Assembly: GCA_044229975.1 (NCBI GenBank)
Contig: JBGARZ010000023.1
Coordinates: forward strand, 88,188 to 152,187
Direction of reading: 5' to 3'
Length of the DNA: 64,000 bases
DNA from: Polyangiales bacterium
GTDB lineage: Bacteria; Myxococcota_A; Polyangia; Polyangiales; Ga0077539
Part shown: piece after piece, positions 38,399 through 48,547 of the stretch
Layout of the letters: every line of letters starts with the position of its first letter
How positions within the stretch are numbered: position 1 is the stretch's first letter
Translations under genes and position numbers: made by a program
The notes under the pieces: generated by a model
Database searches by the model: none
Told to the model about the DNA's origin: nothing
Seen by the model: the letters and a program-made list of their open reading frames with translations, nothing else

Positions 38399-40599
38399 GC
38401 GCCCGATGCTGTCGGAACCGGACGCGGAGGGTCAAGGCGTGCGGGAGCGGTCGCCAGCCGCAGGCCGTTGGCGACCACGATGATGGTGGCGCCCACGTCC
38501 GCGAGCACGGCCATCCACATCGTTGCCACGCCCGCGAGGGCCAGCGCGAAGAACACGACCTTGCTGCCGATCGCGAAGACGATGTTCTGCGTGAGGATCG
38601 CGGAGGTGCGTCGGCTCAGCCGGATGAACTCCGGCAGCGCCCGCAGGTCGTCCCCCATCAGCGCGACGTCAGCGGTCTCGATGGCGGCGTCGGTGCCCGC
38701 CGCCCCCATCGCAAACCCCACCGTCGCCCGGGCCAGCGCGGGCGCGTCGTTGACCCCGTCGCCCACCATGCCGACGCTCCCGTGCGCGGCCAGGAGCGAC
38801 TCGATCGCGGCGAGCTTGTCCTCCGGGAGCAGCTCGCCACGGGCGTCGTCGATGCCCACGGCGCGCGCGATCGCCGCCGCTGTCACCCTGTTGTCGCCGC
38901 TCAGCATCACGGTGCGCACGCCGAGGGCGCGCAGCTCGCGCAGCGCCTCCGCGCTCGACGCCCGGGGCGCGTCAGCGACAGCCAGCACGGCCCTCGCCTC
39001 CCGCCCGCGCAGGAGCACGACGGCGGTTCGCCCCTGCTCTTCCTGCGCCCGCAGCGCGGCCTCGACGCGCGCGTCGCCCGCCCCCGCCTCCTCCGCGAAG
39101 CGGCGGTTGCCGAGCGAGTACGCTTCACCGCCGACGCGCCCCCGCACCCCTCGACCCGGGACAGACGTGAACCCCTCCACGGGCGCGAGGGGCCCCTGCC
39201 ACGCCGCGGTGATGGCGCGCGCGACGGGGTGGTCCGAGCCCGCGTCGAGGCTTGCGGCGAGCCGCAGGGCTTCGTCCCGCGTTCCGGCCAGGGGCACGAC
39301 CTCGACCAGCCGGGGCCTGCCCTCGGTGATCGTGCCGGTCTTGTCGAGCGCCACGACCGCGAGCCGGCGGCCCTGCTCCAGGTGGACGCCGCCCTTCACC
39401 AGGATCCCGCGCCGCGCCGCCGCCGCGAGCCCGCTCACGATCGTGACCGGGATGGAGATCACCAGCGCGCAGGGGCAGGCGATGACCAGCAGCACCAGGG
39501 CGCGGCTGAACCACGCCAGGAAGGGTTGGTGGAGCAGGAGCGGGGGGAGGACGGCGACGAGCGCTGCGAGCGCGAAGACCACGGGCGTGTAGACACGGGC
39601 GAAGCGGTCCACGAAGCGCTGCGTCGGCGCGCGCTGCGCCTGGGCCTCCTGCACGCTGCGCACGATGCGCGCGAGGGTGGTGTCGTCCCGGCCGCCCGTC
39701 GTGCGGAACTCCAGCAGGCCCTCGCCGTTGATCGTCCCGGCGAAGACCGCGTCCCCCGGGCTCTTCGCGACCACCGCGCTCTCGCCCGTGATGGGGGCCT
39801 GATCGACCGACGAGGCCCCGGCGGTGACCACGCCGTCCAGCGGGACGCGCTCGCCCGGCCGGACGCGCACCACGGACCCTGCGGTGACCCGCGCGGCCTC
39901 GAGCTCGCGCCACCCACCGTCCTCCCGTCGCACGCTGGCCTTATCGGGGCTGAGGGCCATCAGCGACCGGACGGCTTGGCGCGCCCGCTCCAGCGAGTGG
40001 GCCTCGATGCGCTCGGCCACGGCGAACAAGAACACTACGACGGCGGCCTCGGGCCACTGCCCGGTGAGCGCCGCGCCGAGCACCGCCACGCTCATCAGCA
40101 GGTGGATGTTGAGCGTGAAGGTCCGCAGCGCCGTGAGCCCCTTGCGCAGCGTCGGCAGCCCGCCGAGCGCGATGGACGCGAGGGCGAGTGCGACGACCGG
40201 CGCGGAGACCTCGCGCCCGCCGGACCAAACGATCCCTTCGGCCCCGACCGCGAGCACGCCCGCGCCGATCAAGCGGGCCGTCCGCCAGTGCGAGGGAGTG
40301 CTCTTCGGCGCGAGCTTGGGCTTCGGAGCGTCGGGAGCGCACCCCGCGCAGGCCTCGCCTTCACACGCGCTCCCCTCGGCCGGAGCGGAGACCGCGGGCG
40401 GGTCAGGCGCCATACCCACGTCGGTCAGCGCGGTCACGATGGGCTCGTCGGAAGCCAGGGCGTGCTCCACCGTCAGTCGCTGGTTCAGCAGGTCGAATGA
40501 GAGCGCCGTGACGCCTGGCACCGCGCCGAGGCGGCGGCGGATGAGGGCCTCCTCGGTCGGACAGTCCATCGCAGTGATCGTGTACGAGCGGGTGGCCAC
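38395..40599 (-). CDS. cadA: Zn/Cd/Pb-translocating P1B-2 ATPase (CadA/ZntA-like)
   Basis: MDCPTEE metal-binding domain, TGES, CPCALVIS, DKTGT, HP, GDGVNDAPAL, K in TM7 and D.G in TM8; AGGAG RBS before GTG 40599. Confidence 0.92.
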   Translation of the reverse strand: MATRSYTITAMDCPTEEALIRRRLGAVPGVTALSFDLLNQRLTVEHALASDEPIVTALTDVGMAPDPPAVSAPAEGSACEGEACAGCAPDAPKPKLAPKSTPSHWRTARLIGAGVLAVGAEGIVWSGGREVSAPVVALALASIALGGLPTLRKGLTALRTFTLNIHLLMSVAVLGAALTGQWPEAAVVVFLFAVAERIEAHSLERARQAVRSLMALSPDKASVRREDGGWRELEAARVTAGSVVRVRPGERVPLDGVVTAGASSVDQAPITGESAVVAKSPGDAVFAGTINGEGLLEFRTTGGRDDTTLARIVRSVQEAQAQRAPTQRFVDRFARVYTPVVFALAALVAVLPPLLLHQPFLAWFSRALVLLVIACPCALVISIPVTIVSGLAAAARRGILVKGGVHLEQGRRLAVVALDKTGTITEGRPRLVEVVPLAGTRDEALRLAASLDAGSDHPVARAITAAWQGPLAPVEGFTSVPGRGVRGRVGGEAYSLGNRRFAEEAGAGDARVEAALRAQEEQGRTAVVLLRGREARAVLAVADAPRASSAEALRELRALGVRTVMLSGDNRVTAAAIARAVGIDDARGELLPEDKLAAIESLLAAHGSVGMVGDGVNDAPALARATVGFAMGAAGTDAAIETADVALMGDDLRALPEFIRLSRRTSAILTQNIVFAIGSKVVFFALALAGVATMWMAVLADVGATIIVVANGLRLATAPARLDPPRPVPTASGA

Positions 40600-40671
40600 G
40601 GTGGCTCCTGGTGGCGGGCGGAGGGCCAGACCCGCGCCCTTGCGTTGGGAGGGTGAACGGGTAGGTTCCTC

Positions 40672-40695
40672 ACATATGAACAAGTCGTCATATGT
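40672..40695. promoter_or_regulatory. ArsR/SmtB-type operator
   Basis: Perfect ACATATGA-N8-TCATATGT between divergent cadA and arsR-czcBA. Confidence 0.8.
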
Positions 40696-41122
40696 TGGAT
40701 CTCGGGCCGCGACCCGGCAAGCGCAGAGCGCCCCGTGCGGGGATGCGTGCGGCGAGGTGTGCGACGTTGAGGTCATCCACGCCGACGCGGTACGTGCGGC
40801 GCGCGCCGCCCTGCCTTCGGCGAGGGAGCAGGAGGAGCTCGCACGGCTCTTCGCGCTCTTCTCCAACCCGACGCGCATGACCCTCCTGATCGCGCTGCGC
40901 TCCGCCGTGGGGTCGGCCCGGCCTGAGCTCTGCGTCTGCGACCTGGTGGCCATCACGGGGGCCTCGCAGTCGATGGTCAGCCACCAGCTCGGCCTGCTAC
41001 GCGAGGGGAAGCTCGCGACCAGCCGCCGCGCGGGGCGTCTCATCTACTACCGCCTCTCCGACGGCCCGCTGGTCTCCCTGCTCGACGACGCGCTCCGCGC
41101 CGTGCGCAAGGAGGCCGCGTGA
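40676..41122 (+). CDS. ArsR/SmtB (CadC-like) metalloregulator
   Basis: N-terminal Cys residues, FSNPTR, ELCVCDL, SQSMVSHQLGLLR, YYRL. Confidence 0.9.
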   Translation: MNKSSYVGSRAATRQAQSAPCGDACGEVCDVEVIHADAVRAARAALPSAREQEELARLFALFSNPTRMTLLIALRSAVGSARPELCVCDLVAITGASQSMVSHQLGLLREGKLATSRRAGRLIYYRLSDGPLVSLLDDALRAVRKEAA

Positions 41123-42633
41123 TCCCCGCGACGCGCGCGGCGCAGGGAGGGTCGTGGAGGGGTCTGGGGGTGGTCGCGCGACGGCCTGTCGTGCGCCACG
41201 GCGCGCTCGTCCTGACGGCGATCGTCCTGCTCGCCGCCCTCCTCGGCGCCTGCTCCCGCCGCGAGGCGCCTGCGCCCGCGGCACGCCCCGCGGCGCCGGC
41301 CGGTGGTGCTGCACCGAGCTTCCACGGTGGGCCAGCGGCGCACCCGGGCGACTGGTGCGGGAGCCACGGCGTCCCCGAGTCCGAATGCACGCGCTGCAAC
41401 CCTGAGCTCATCCCGCAGTTCCAGGCCCGCCACGACTGGTGCGGCGAGCACAGCGTGCCCGAGTCGCAGTGCGCCGCGTGCCACCCCGAACTCCTGCGCC
41501 AGGGGGTTGCCCCGCCGCGGCCCCGCGGCGCCCCCACCGAGACGGGCGAGCACGGTGACCGCACGCCGGGCGGCGACGCGAGCGCGGGGCTCGCGCCCGG
41601 CACGACGGTGCGCCTTGCCTCCCCAGCGGTCGCCGCGCAGGTGGGCGTCGAGACGGTGACCGCGACGGCCCGGCCGCTCGCCGAAGAGGTGGCAGTCCCG
41701 GCACGGCTCGCCTTCGACCCCACGCGCCTCGCGCGGATCTCCGCGCGGGTGCCCGGCGTCGTGCGCACCGTGGCCGTCAACGTCGGCGCCGCGGTGCGCC
41801 CGGGCGACCTCCTGCTCACCCTGGACAGCGTCGCTGCGGCTGCCACCCGCGCGGAGGTCGGGGCCGCGCAGACCCGCGCGCGCTCCGCCGACGCCGCGCT
41901 CCAGCGGGCGCGCGCCCTCCAGAGCGAGGGCATCGCGAGCCGCGCGGGCGTCGAGCGCGCCGAGACCGAGTCCGCCGCCGCGCGGGCTTCCCTCGCCGGC
42001 CTGTCCGCCGCGGGGGCGGCCTTGAGCGGCGCCGGCCGGTCCGTCCGTGTGCTGGCGCCGCGCGCGGGTGTCGTCGTCGCGCGTGCGGTCTCCGTGGGCC
42101 AGCAGGTGACCGCCGAGGAGGTCCTCGTCGAGGTCGCCGACCTCTCGCGGATGTGGGCGATCCTCGACGTGCCCGACGCCCAGGCGCAGCGCCTCGCCAT
42201 CGGTCAACGCGTCGCGATCGAGCTCGACGGCTTCGCCGCACCGCTCGCCGGGACCCTCGCCTACCTCGCCCCGATGGTCGATCCGCACACGCGCACCGTC
42301 GAGGCGCGGGTCGAGCTCCCCAACCCCGACGGCCGCCTGCGGGCCAACGCGTTCGGCCGCGCGCGCATCGCCGTCGCCGCCCCGGACGAGGGCGTGGTCC
42401 TTCCGCGCGACGCGCTCCAGCGGGTCGAGTCGCAGGACGTCGTCTTCGTCGAGCGCTCGCCGGCCGTCTACGAGGCCCGCGTGGTGACGGTGGCGCGCCG
42501 CACGACCAACGAGGTGTTGCTGCGGGACGGTGTCGCGCCCGGCGATCGGGTGGTCACCACCGGCGGCTTCGAGTTGAAGACCGAGATCCTGCGCGGGAGC
42601 ATCGGCGCGGGCTGCTGCGACGATGAGGGCTGA
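41119..42633 (+). CDS. czcB: RND periplasmic adaptor with duplicated WCxxHxVPESxCxxC domain
   Basis: Lipobox LGAC; adaptor motifs (ARVPGVV, ADLSRMW, DPHTRTV, LRANAFG); GCC tail. Confidence 0.85.
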   Translation: MIPATRAAQGGSWRGLGVVARRPVVRHGALVLTAIVLLAALLGACSRREAPAPAARPAAPAGGAAPSFHGGPAAHPGDWCGSHGVPESECTRCNPELIPQFQARHDWCGEHSVPESQCAACHPELLRQGVAPPRPRGAPTETGEHGDRTPGGDASAGLAPGTTVRLASPAVAAQVGVETVTATARPLAEEVAVPARLAFDPTRLARISARVPGVVRTVAVNVGAAVRPGDLLLTLDSVAAAATRAEVGAAQTRARSADAALQRARALQSEGIASRAGVERAETESAAARASLAGLSAAGAALSGAGRSVRVLAPRAGVVVARAVSVGQQVTAEEVLVEVADLSRMWAILDVPDAQAQRLAIGQRVAIELDGFAAPLAGTLAYLAPMVDPHTRTVEARVELPNPDGRLRANAFGRARIAVAAPDEGVVLPRDALQRVESQDVVFVERSPAVYEARVVTVARRTTNEVLLRDGVAPGDRVVTTGGFELKTEILRGSIGAGCCDDEG

Positions 42634-42639
42634 TTCGGC

Positions 42640-45600
42640 GTGCTTGGCTCGCTGATCGCCCTCTCGCTACGCCATCGGTTCGCCGTGCTCGCCCTCACGG
42701 CCGCGATGGCGGCCCTGGGCGTCTGGTCGCTGCGGGACCTGCCCATCGACGCCTTCCCCGACACGACGCCCGTGCAGGTGCAGGTCAACACCGTCGCGCC
42801 ATCGCTCGGCCCGGAGGAGATCGAGCGCCTGGTCACCTTCCCCGTCGAGCAGTCGCTCTCGGGATTGCCTGGGCTCGTGGAGGTGCGCTCGCTGTCGCGC
42901 TTCGGGCTCTCGCAGGTGACGGCCCTCTTCGAGGACGGCACCGACCTCTACCGCGCGCGCCAAGTTGTGGGCGAGCGCGCCGCCACCGCGCGGCTGCCCG
43001 CCCGCTTGGGGCCGCCCGCGCTGGGCCCCGCGGCGACGGGGCTGGGGGAGGTGTTCCACTACCTCGTGACGGGCCGGGGGAAGTCTCTGGCGGAGCTGCG
43101 CACGGTCCACGACTGGGTGCTGCGCCCGCAGCTGCGGAGCGTGCGCGGGGTCGCCGAGGTCAACACCTGGGGCGGCGAGGAGCGTCGCGTAGAGGTGCGG
43201 GTCGATCCGGTCGAGCTGCGCCGCCGCGGGCTCGCGTTGCACGATGTGGCCGAGGCGCTGCGGCGCAGCCACGGCAGCGAAGGTGGCGGCCGACTCCGAC
43301 AGTCGGGTGAGGCGACGCTGGTGCAGGGCGTCGCGCTCCTGACGACGCTCGACGACGTCGGGGGCGTGGTGATCGGTGCCGAGGGCGGCGTGCCCATCCG
43401 TGTGCGGGACGTCGCGCGGGTCGTCGAGGGCGCCGAGGTGCGCCGCGGCGCGGTGACGGCGCAGGGGCGCGGGGAGGCCGTGCTTGGCCTGGGGTTCATG
43501 CTGCTCGGGGAGAACAGCCGCGAGGTGAGCGCCGCCCTGCGCGCGCGCCTAGAAGCCGCCCGGCCATCGCTCCCGCCCGGGATCGACGTCGAGGTCGTCT
43601 ACGACCGGCGCACGCTGGTGGACGAGGTGCTCACGACGGTGCGCACCAACCTGCTGGAGGGCGCGCTGCTGGTCGTCCTCGTGCTCTTCGCCTTCCTCGG
43701 CAACGTCCGCGGGGGCCTTGTGGTCGCGTCGGTGATCCCGCTCGCGATGCTCTTCGCGTTCACGGCGATGCGCGTCACGGGCGTCGCGGGCAGCCTGATG
43801 AGCCTCGGCGCGATCGACTTCGGCCTCGTCGTGGACAGCGCCATCATCGCCGTCGAGAACGCCACCCGCCGCCTGCACGAGGACCGCGGCCGCCGACCGG
43901 TCGTGGACGTGGTGCGTGACGCGTCGCTGGAGGTGCGCGGCCCCACGCTCTTCGGCGAGCTGGTGATCGCGATCGTGTACCTGCCGGTGCTCGCCATGGC
44001 GGGCCTGGAGGGCAAGCTCTTCCGCCCGATGGCGCTGACGGTGCTCTTCGCGCTGGCGGCCTCGATGGTGCTCTCGCTCACCTACGTGCCGGTGATGACG
44101 AGCCTCGTCTTCCGCCGCGGCGTCCCCGCGGAGGAGCCGCGGCTGGTCGCGTGGCTCCAGCGCCTCTACCGCCCGGTCGTCGCGATGGCGCTGCGCCGGC
44201 GGGCCTGGGTGCTCGTGCTCGCTGCCCTCCTCGTGGCCAACGGCGTGGCCGTGGCGACGCGGCTCGGGGCCGAGTTCCTGCCGCGGCTCTCCGAGGGCAC
44301 CGTCGTCGTCAACACCGTGCGGCTTGCGAGCGTGGACCTCGACGAGTCGGTCCGCTACGGCAATCGGATCGAGCGCGCGCTGCTGGCTGCCTTCCCCGAC
44401 GAGATCGCCCGCGTCTGGACGCGCACAGGCACCGCTGAGGTCGCGACCGACCCGATGGGCGTCGAGCTCTCGGACGTGTTCGTCACCCTCCGGCCCCGCG
44501 ATCGGTGGCGGCGCGCGCGCTCGCAGGACGAGCTCGTACGGGCGATGCAGGCCGCGCTGCGCGACCTGCCCGGCATGCGGATGGTGTTCACGCAGCCCAT
44601 CGAGATGCGCGTCAACGAGATGATCGCGGGCATCCGCGCCGACCTCGGGGTCAAGATCTTCGGCGACGACCTCGACGAGCTCCGCGCGGCCGCGCGGCGG
44701 GTGGAGTCCATCGTGCGGGCCGTCCCCGGCAGCGCCGACGTCTCCGTCGAGCAGGTGACGGGCCTGCCCGTGCTCCGGGTGGAACTCGACCAGGCGGCCG
44801 CCTCGCGCTTCGGCATCCCGGCCGAGACCGTGCTCGCCACCGTCGCCGCGCTCGCCGGGGTGGAGGTCGCCGAGCTGCGGGAAGGCCAGCGCCGCTTCCC
44901 GGTGGCGCTGCGCATCGACCCCGCGCTCGCGGTGGACTCGGACGCCGTCGGCGCGCTGCTCGTGGCCGCGCCCGACGGAACGCAGGTGCCGCTCTCGCGC
45001 CTCGCGCGCCTCCACACGGAGGCCGGACCCTCGGCGATCCAGCGGGAGTGGGCGCGGCGCCGCATCACGGTGCAGGCCAACGTGCGCGGGCGCGACATCG
45101 CCTCCTTCGTGGCCGAGGTGCAGCGCCGCGTGACCGCCGAGGGCCGCCTCGCGCCCGGCTATTCGGTGACCTACGGCGGGCAGTTCGAGCACCTGGAGCG
45201 CGCGCGCCACCGGCTGCTCTTCGTGGTGCCCCTCGCGCTCCTGCTGGTGTTCTCGCTGCTGTACCTGACCTACGGGCGGGTGCTCGACGCGCTGCGCGTC
45301 TTCACGGGCGTGCCCTTCGCGGCGGTCGGCGGCGTCGTCGCGCTGTGGCTGCGGGGGCTGCCCTTCTCCATCTCGGCGGCGGTGGGGTTCATCGCCGTGA
45401 GCGGCGTGGCGGTGCTGGGCGACATGGTCCTGGCCTCGACCATCCGCCGCGCGCTCGACGCGGGCGTCGAGACCCGCGAGGCCATCCGCGCGGCGGCGAT
45501 GGAGCGACTGCGACCGGTCCTGATGACCGCGCTCGTGGCGGGCCTGGGGTTCCTCCCCATGGCGCTGAGCCGGGGTGTCGGCGCCGAGGTGCAGCGGCCG

Positions 45601-45735
45601 CTGGCGACCGTGGTGCTCGGCGGGCTCATGTCCTCGACGCTCCTGACCCTCGTCGTGCTGCCGGCGCTCTACTCGTTTCTGGCTGAGTCGCCGCCTCCAG
45701 CGCGCAAGCAGGATGCGGCTTCAAGCCTTCCGTAG
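42640..45735 (+). CDS. czcA: CzcA-family heavy-metal RND permease
   Basis: LPIDAFPD, SLMSLGAIDFG, GKLFRPMA, RLRPVLMTA, GAEVQRPLATVV. Confidence 0.95.
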   Translation: MLGSLIALSLRHRFAVLALTAAMAALGVWSLRDLPIDAFPDTTPVQVQVNTVAPSLGPEEIERLVTFPVEQSLSGLPGLVEVRSLSRFGLSQVTALFEDGTDLYRARQVVGERAATARLPARLGPPALGPAATGLGEVFHYLVTGRGKSLAELRTVHDWVLRPQLRSVRGVAEVNTWGGEERRVEVRVDPVELRRRGLALHDVAEALRRSHGSEGGGRLRQSGEATLVQGVALLTTLDDVGGVVIGAEGGVPIRVRDVARVVEGAEVRRGAVTAQGRGEAVLGLGFMLLGENSREVSAALRARLEAARPSLPPGIDVEVVYDRRTLVDEVLTTVRTNLLEGALLVVLVLFAFLGNVRGGLVVASVIPLAMLFAFTAMRVTGVAGSLMSLGAIDFGLVVDSAIIAVENATRRLHEDRGRRPVVDVVRDASLEVRGPTLFGELVIAIVYLPVLAMAGLEGKLFRPMALTVLFALAASMVLSLTYVPVMTSLVFRRGVPAEEPRLVAWLQRLYRPVVAMALRRRAWVLVLAALLVANGVAVATRLGAEFLPRLSEGTVVVNTVRLASVDLDESVRYGNRIERALLAAFPDEIARVWTRTGTAEVATDPMGVELSDVFVTLRPRDRWRRARSQDELVRAMQAALRDLPGMRMVFTQPIEMRVNEMIAGIRADLGVKIFGDDLDELRAAARRVESIVRAVPGSADVSVEQVTGLPVLRVELDQAAASRFGIPAETVLATVAALAGVEVAELREGQRRFPVALRIDPALAVDSDAVGALLVAAPDGTQVPLSRLARLHTEAGPSAIQREWARRRITVQANVRGRDIASFVAEVQRRVTAEGRLAPGYSVTYGGQFEHLERARHRLLFVVPLALLLVFSLLYLTYGRVLDALRVFTGVPFAAVGGVVALWLRGLPFSISAAVGFIAVSGVAVLGDMVLASTIRRALDAGVETREAIRAAAMERLRPVLMTALVAGLGFLPMALSRGVGAEVQRPLATVVLGGLMSSTLLTLVVLPALYSFLAESPPPARKQDAASSLP

Positions 45736-46111
45736 AGACGTCAAGCCTGCCCTCCCGCAAGACTTCTATCCGTAGAGACATCTTGCCGTCTAGAAGTCAT
45801 GCCTGCTGTAAGTCCCTCCATTGTGCCACTAGTTTAGATTGTGTAACACGGCTCGTGGGCAGGCGCGGCGGCCCGGATGTGACGTCCGATCGACCCGACG
45901 CGGTGCCTCGAAAGCGCGCCTGTGAACCTCCCTCGTTCCCTGCACTGCATCGACCGTCCGTCTATCTGCCTCTCCTCGGCGCCGCCATCGCGCATGTCCC
46001 GGGTACACAATCTGCGGGACTTCCTCGCCTCCATCGCCGCAACAGTGGGCCACTTCAACGGCGAAGGGCACTGCAACGAGCGGGTGCAATAGCGCCCCCC
46101 GTGGGCGAAGG

Positions 46112-46210
46112 GCGCCACCCTCGCCACGCTCCTGGCCGGCTGCGGCGACCTGAGCCTCCCGCCACGGCCTCACCCTGCGACCACCGATGTGGGCGCCGAT
46201 GTGGCACCCG
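46112..46210 (+). pseudogene. Degenerate copy of the PAD gene leader
   Basis: cgccaccctcgccacgctcctggcc(g/a)gctgcggcgac...cctgcgaccac..gat..gggcgccgat also found at about 46731-46832. Confidence 0.7.
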
Positions 46211-46318
46211 CGACGTCCGCCATCCCCGTCTGCTGGTGAAGTCTCCTTCTCCTTTGGGAGAACCACGGAAGCGTCGCGTCGAGTGAGGAGTTTCCGAACC
46301 GTTCTCAGGAGCCGAGGG

Positions 46319-46567
46319 ATGAGGATGCAACTGAACCGCCTCGGACTGGTGATGTTGTTCGGCACGTCGTGCGCGCCTTCGGAGGCATACCGCCTTGCGC
46401 GCCTCCGCGCGGCAGAGGATCTCCGCTGCGCGAGCGACCGCATCGCACAGGTCTCACGTCCAGGGCGCAATGCTGCGTTGAGCTATGCCTTCCGCTGCGG
46501 CGGCGCGATCGCGGTCTACGAGTGCCAACAGCACGCACCCGTCACGCTCTGCCGCCGCACCCACTGA
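46319..46567 (+). CDS. Small Cys-containing putative lipoprotein
   Basis: AGGAG RBS, signal ending GTSC, AAEDLRC..CGG..YEC pattern. Confidence 0.5.
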   Translation: MRMQLNRLGLVMLFGTSCAPSEAYRLARLRAAEDLRCASDRIAQVSRPGRNAALSYAFRCGGAIAVYECQQHAPVTLCRRTH

Positions 46568-46687
46568 GGTTGCCGTACGCCTTGCACGACCGGTCACAAG
46601 ACGAGCTCGCCACCGGCGCTCGGGGCGTATGTCCCTGCGGGCGAAGAGTGACACCCCTCGTTGACTCCGCCTCTCGACGGCGCTCCC

Positions 46688-48547
46688 ATGCACGCCGTGA
46701 ACGCCCCCAGACGCCCTGCCCACTGGCTCATCGCCACCCTCGCCACGCTCCTGGCCAGCTGCGGCGACTCGGCAGCCCCCGCCACCCCTCCTGCGACCAC
46801 GGATGCGGGCGCCGATGGGGGTGCCGATGTGGCCTCCGATATGGCGGCCGCACCGGCGGCGCTTCGGGTGCGCGTGCTCGTCGATGCCAACCGGGACGGC
46901 ACCATCAGCGACTCGGGGGAGGATGAGGCCTTCCGCGCGAGCTGGAGCGCATCGCACGGCGCCGTGTTCCTCGCGAACATGGACGACGACGACGACGACG
47001 ACCGGATCGACGGCGAGGACGACGAGGTGAACGGCGAAGCCGACGCGCTCGACCTCGCACGGGTGCGGGTGGCACCGATGGCGGGGCTCCCCGACGGCGC
47101 GACCGGGCGCCTCACGCTCGACGGACCGGAGACGCCGACGGTGCGGGTGTTCCGCTTCCATGACGGGGCGTGGCGACGGCTCGACCTGGCCGCCGAGACC
47201 CTCTCCGCCGACGACCTGCGCGGGGGCGTCGAGCTCGGCGTCGAGTCGAGCGCCTTCCCCACGGCCGACTGGGCGGGCGAGATCACCCTCGGCCTCGCCG
47301 TGACCCGCGGCGATGAGACGCTCGGCGACGACCGCGCGGTGCTGCGCGTGGCGCCCTTCGTGGTGAGCACCTCCCTCAACGAGGCCACGCGGGTCTACGC
47401 GACCGGCGGTGCCGGCATCCTCCCGCTCGCACGCTTCATCAACGACGTCACCGACATCACCACGGAGGACAGCATGGAGTTCGAGGTCGTGGACGGCCTC
47501 GACTCCGACTGGCGCGAGCGCAACTACGGCCCCGACGTCTGGACCGAGGACTACATGGAGCTTGGCTGGACCGCGATGCCCGGCGCCGGGGCGCCCCAAG
47601 GCATGAACGTCGCCCTGCGCCACCCGAACCCCACACGCCGCATCGCCGCCTGGACGCGCCGGGAGTTCGCCGGACCCGACCGCGGGTACGTCTGGCATCA
47701 CTCCACCCGCTACCCCACGACGCGCACGCACGATCCCAGCCTCGACTCCTTTGGCAACCTGGAGGTCCTCCCCCCGTACGCGGGCCACCCCTTCGGACGG
47801 CTCTTCCACGGCAACGTCTCCGCCCGCAACAGCGACCCCGCGCTCCGCGCCTTCTTGAACGCCCAGCGGGTGCAGGGGCCGGTGCTGGAGCTCGACACCT
47901 CCTGGCTCAACGTCGGGCATGTGGACGAGTTCGTGAGCTTCATCCCGGTGGACTCCCCGCGCGGCTGGAAGATGCTGATCGCGTCGCCCCGCGCGGCGCG
48001 GGCGCAGCTCCAGGCCCTGGTGGCCGCCGACCCGGCCAACGGCGAGCGGCGGATGTTCGAGGGGCAGTATTGGTTCTACCCGCAGAACCACCCCATGGAG
48101 GGCCGCGCCTACCCGGCGGCGCGCACGATCAACAGCATCCTCGCGGACACCGAGCTCATGGCCTTCAACCAGCGCGATCAGGGGCACATCGACCTGATCC
48201 GGGAGACCCTCCAGACGGAGGCCGGGCTCACCGACGACGAGGTCATCGAGATCCCGTTCCTGATGTGGGACGTCGGCAACGGCGAGAGCGCCGCGTACAT
48301 GCCCGGCACCGTCAACCTGCTGCTCTACGGTCACTCGGTGACCATGGCGAAGCCGCACGCGGCGGTGATCGACGGCGCCGACTTCATGCAGACCTACCTG
48401 TCCAACCTGTTCCGGGCGGAGGGCATCACCGCGCACTTCGCCGAGCAGTGGGACATCCTCCACGCCGCCGGGGGCGAGGTGCATTGTGGGACCAACGCGC
48501 TACGAAGAATCCCTGCGCAAGGCGCGTGGTGGGAGGTGACCCGATGA
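46688..48547 (+). CDS. Protein-arginine deiminase (animal PAD-type) lipoprotein
   Basis: LASC lipobox; DANRDG, NMDDDD, LRVAPF, WTED, LDSFGNLEV.PP, WLNVGHVDEF, GEVHCGTN catalytic motifs. Confidence 0.9.
   Translation: MHAVNAPRRPAHWLIATLATLLASCGDSAAPATPPATTDAGADGGADVASDMAAAPAALRVRVLVDANRDGTISDSGEDEAFRASWSASHGAVFLANMDDDDDDDRIDGEDDEVNGEADALDLARVRVAPMAGLPDGATGRLTLDGPETPTVRVFRFHDGAWRRLDLAAETLSADDLRGGVELGVESSAFPTADWAGEITLGLAVTRGDETLGDDRAVLRVAPFVVSTSLNEATRVYATGGAGILPLARFINDVTDITTEDSMEFEVVDGLDSDWRERNYGPDVWTEDYMELGWTAMPGAGAPQGMNVALRHPNPTRRIAAWTRREFAGPDRGYVWHHSTRYPTTRTHDPSLDSFGNLEVLPPYAGHPFGRLFHGNVSARNSDPALRAFLNAQRVQGPVLELDTSWLNVGHVDEFVSFIPVDSPRGWKMLIASPRAARAQLQALVAADPANGERRMFEGQYWFYPQNHPMEGRAYPAARTINSILADTELMAFNQRDQGHIDLIRETLQTEAGLTDDEVIEIPFLMWDVGNGESAAYMPGTVNLLLYGHSVTMAKPHAAVIDGADFMQTYLSNLFRAEGITAHFAEQWDILHAAGGEVHCGTNALRRIPAQGAWWEVTR

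Noticed and set aside
41455..41490. CAACH as a heme c attachment site in CzcB
   Set aside because: The sister repeat has CTRCN, so His is not conserved; more consistent with a Cys/His metal module
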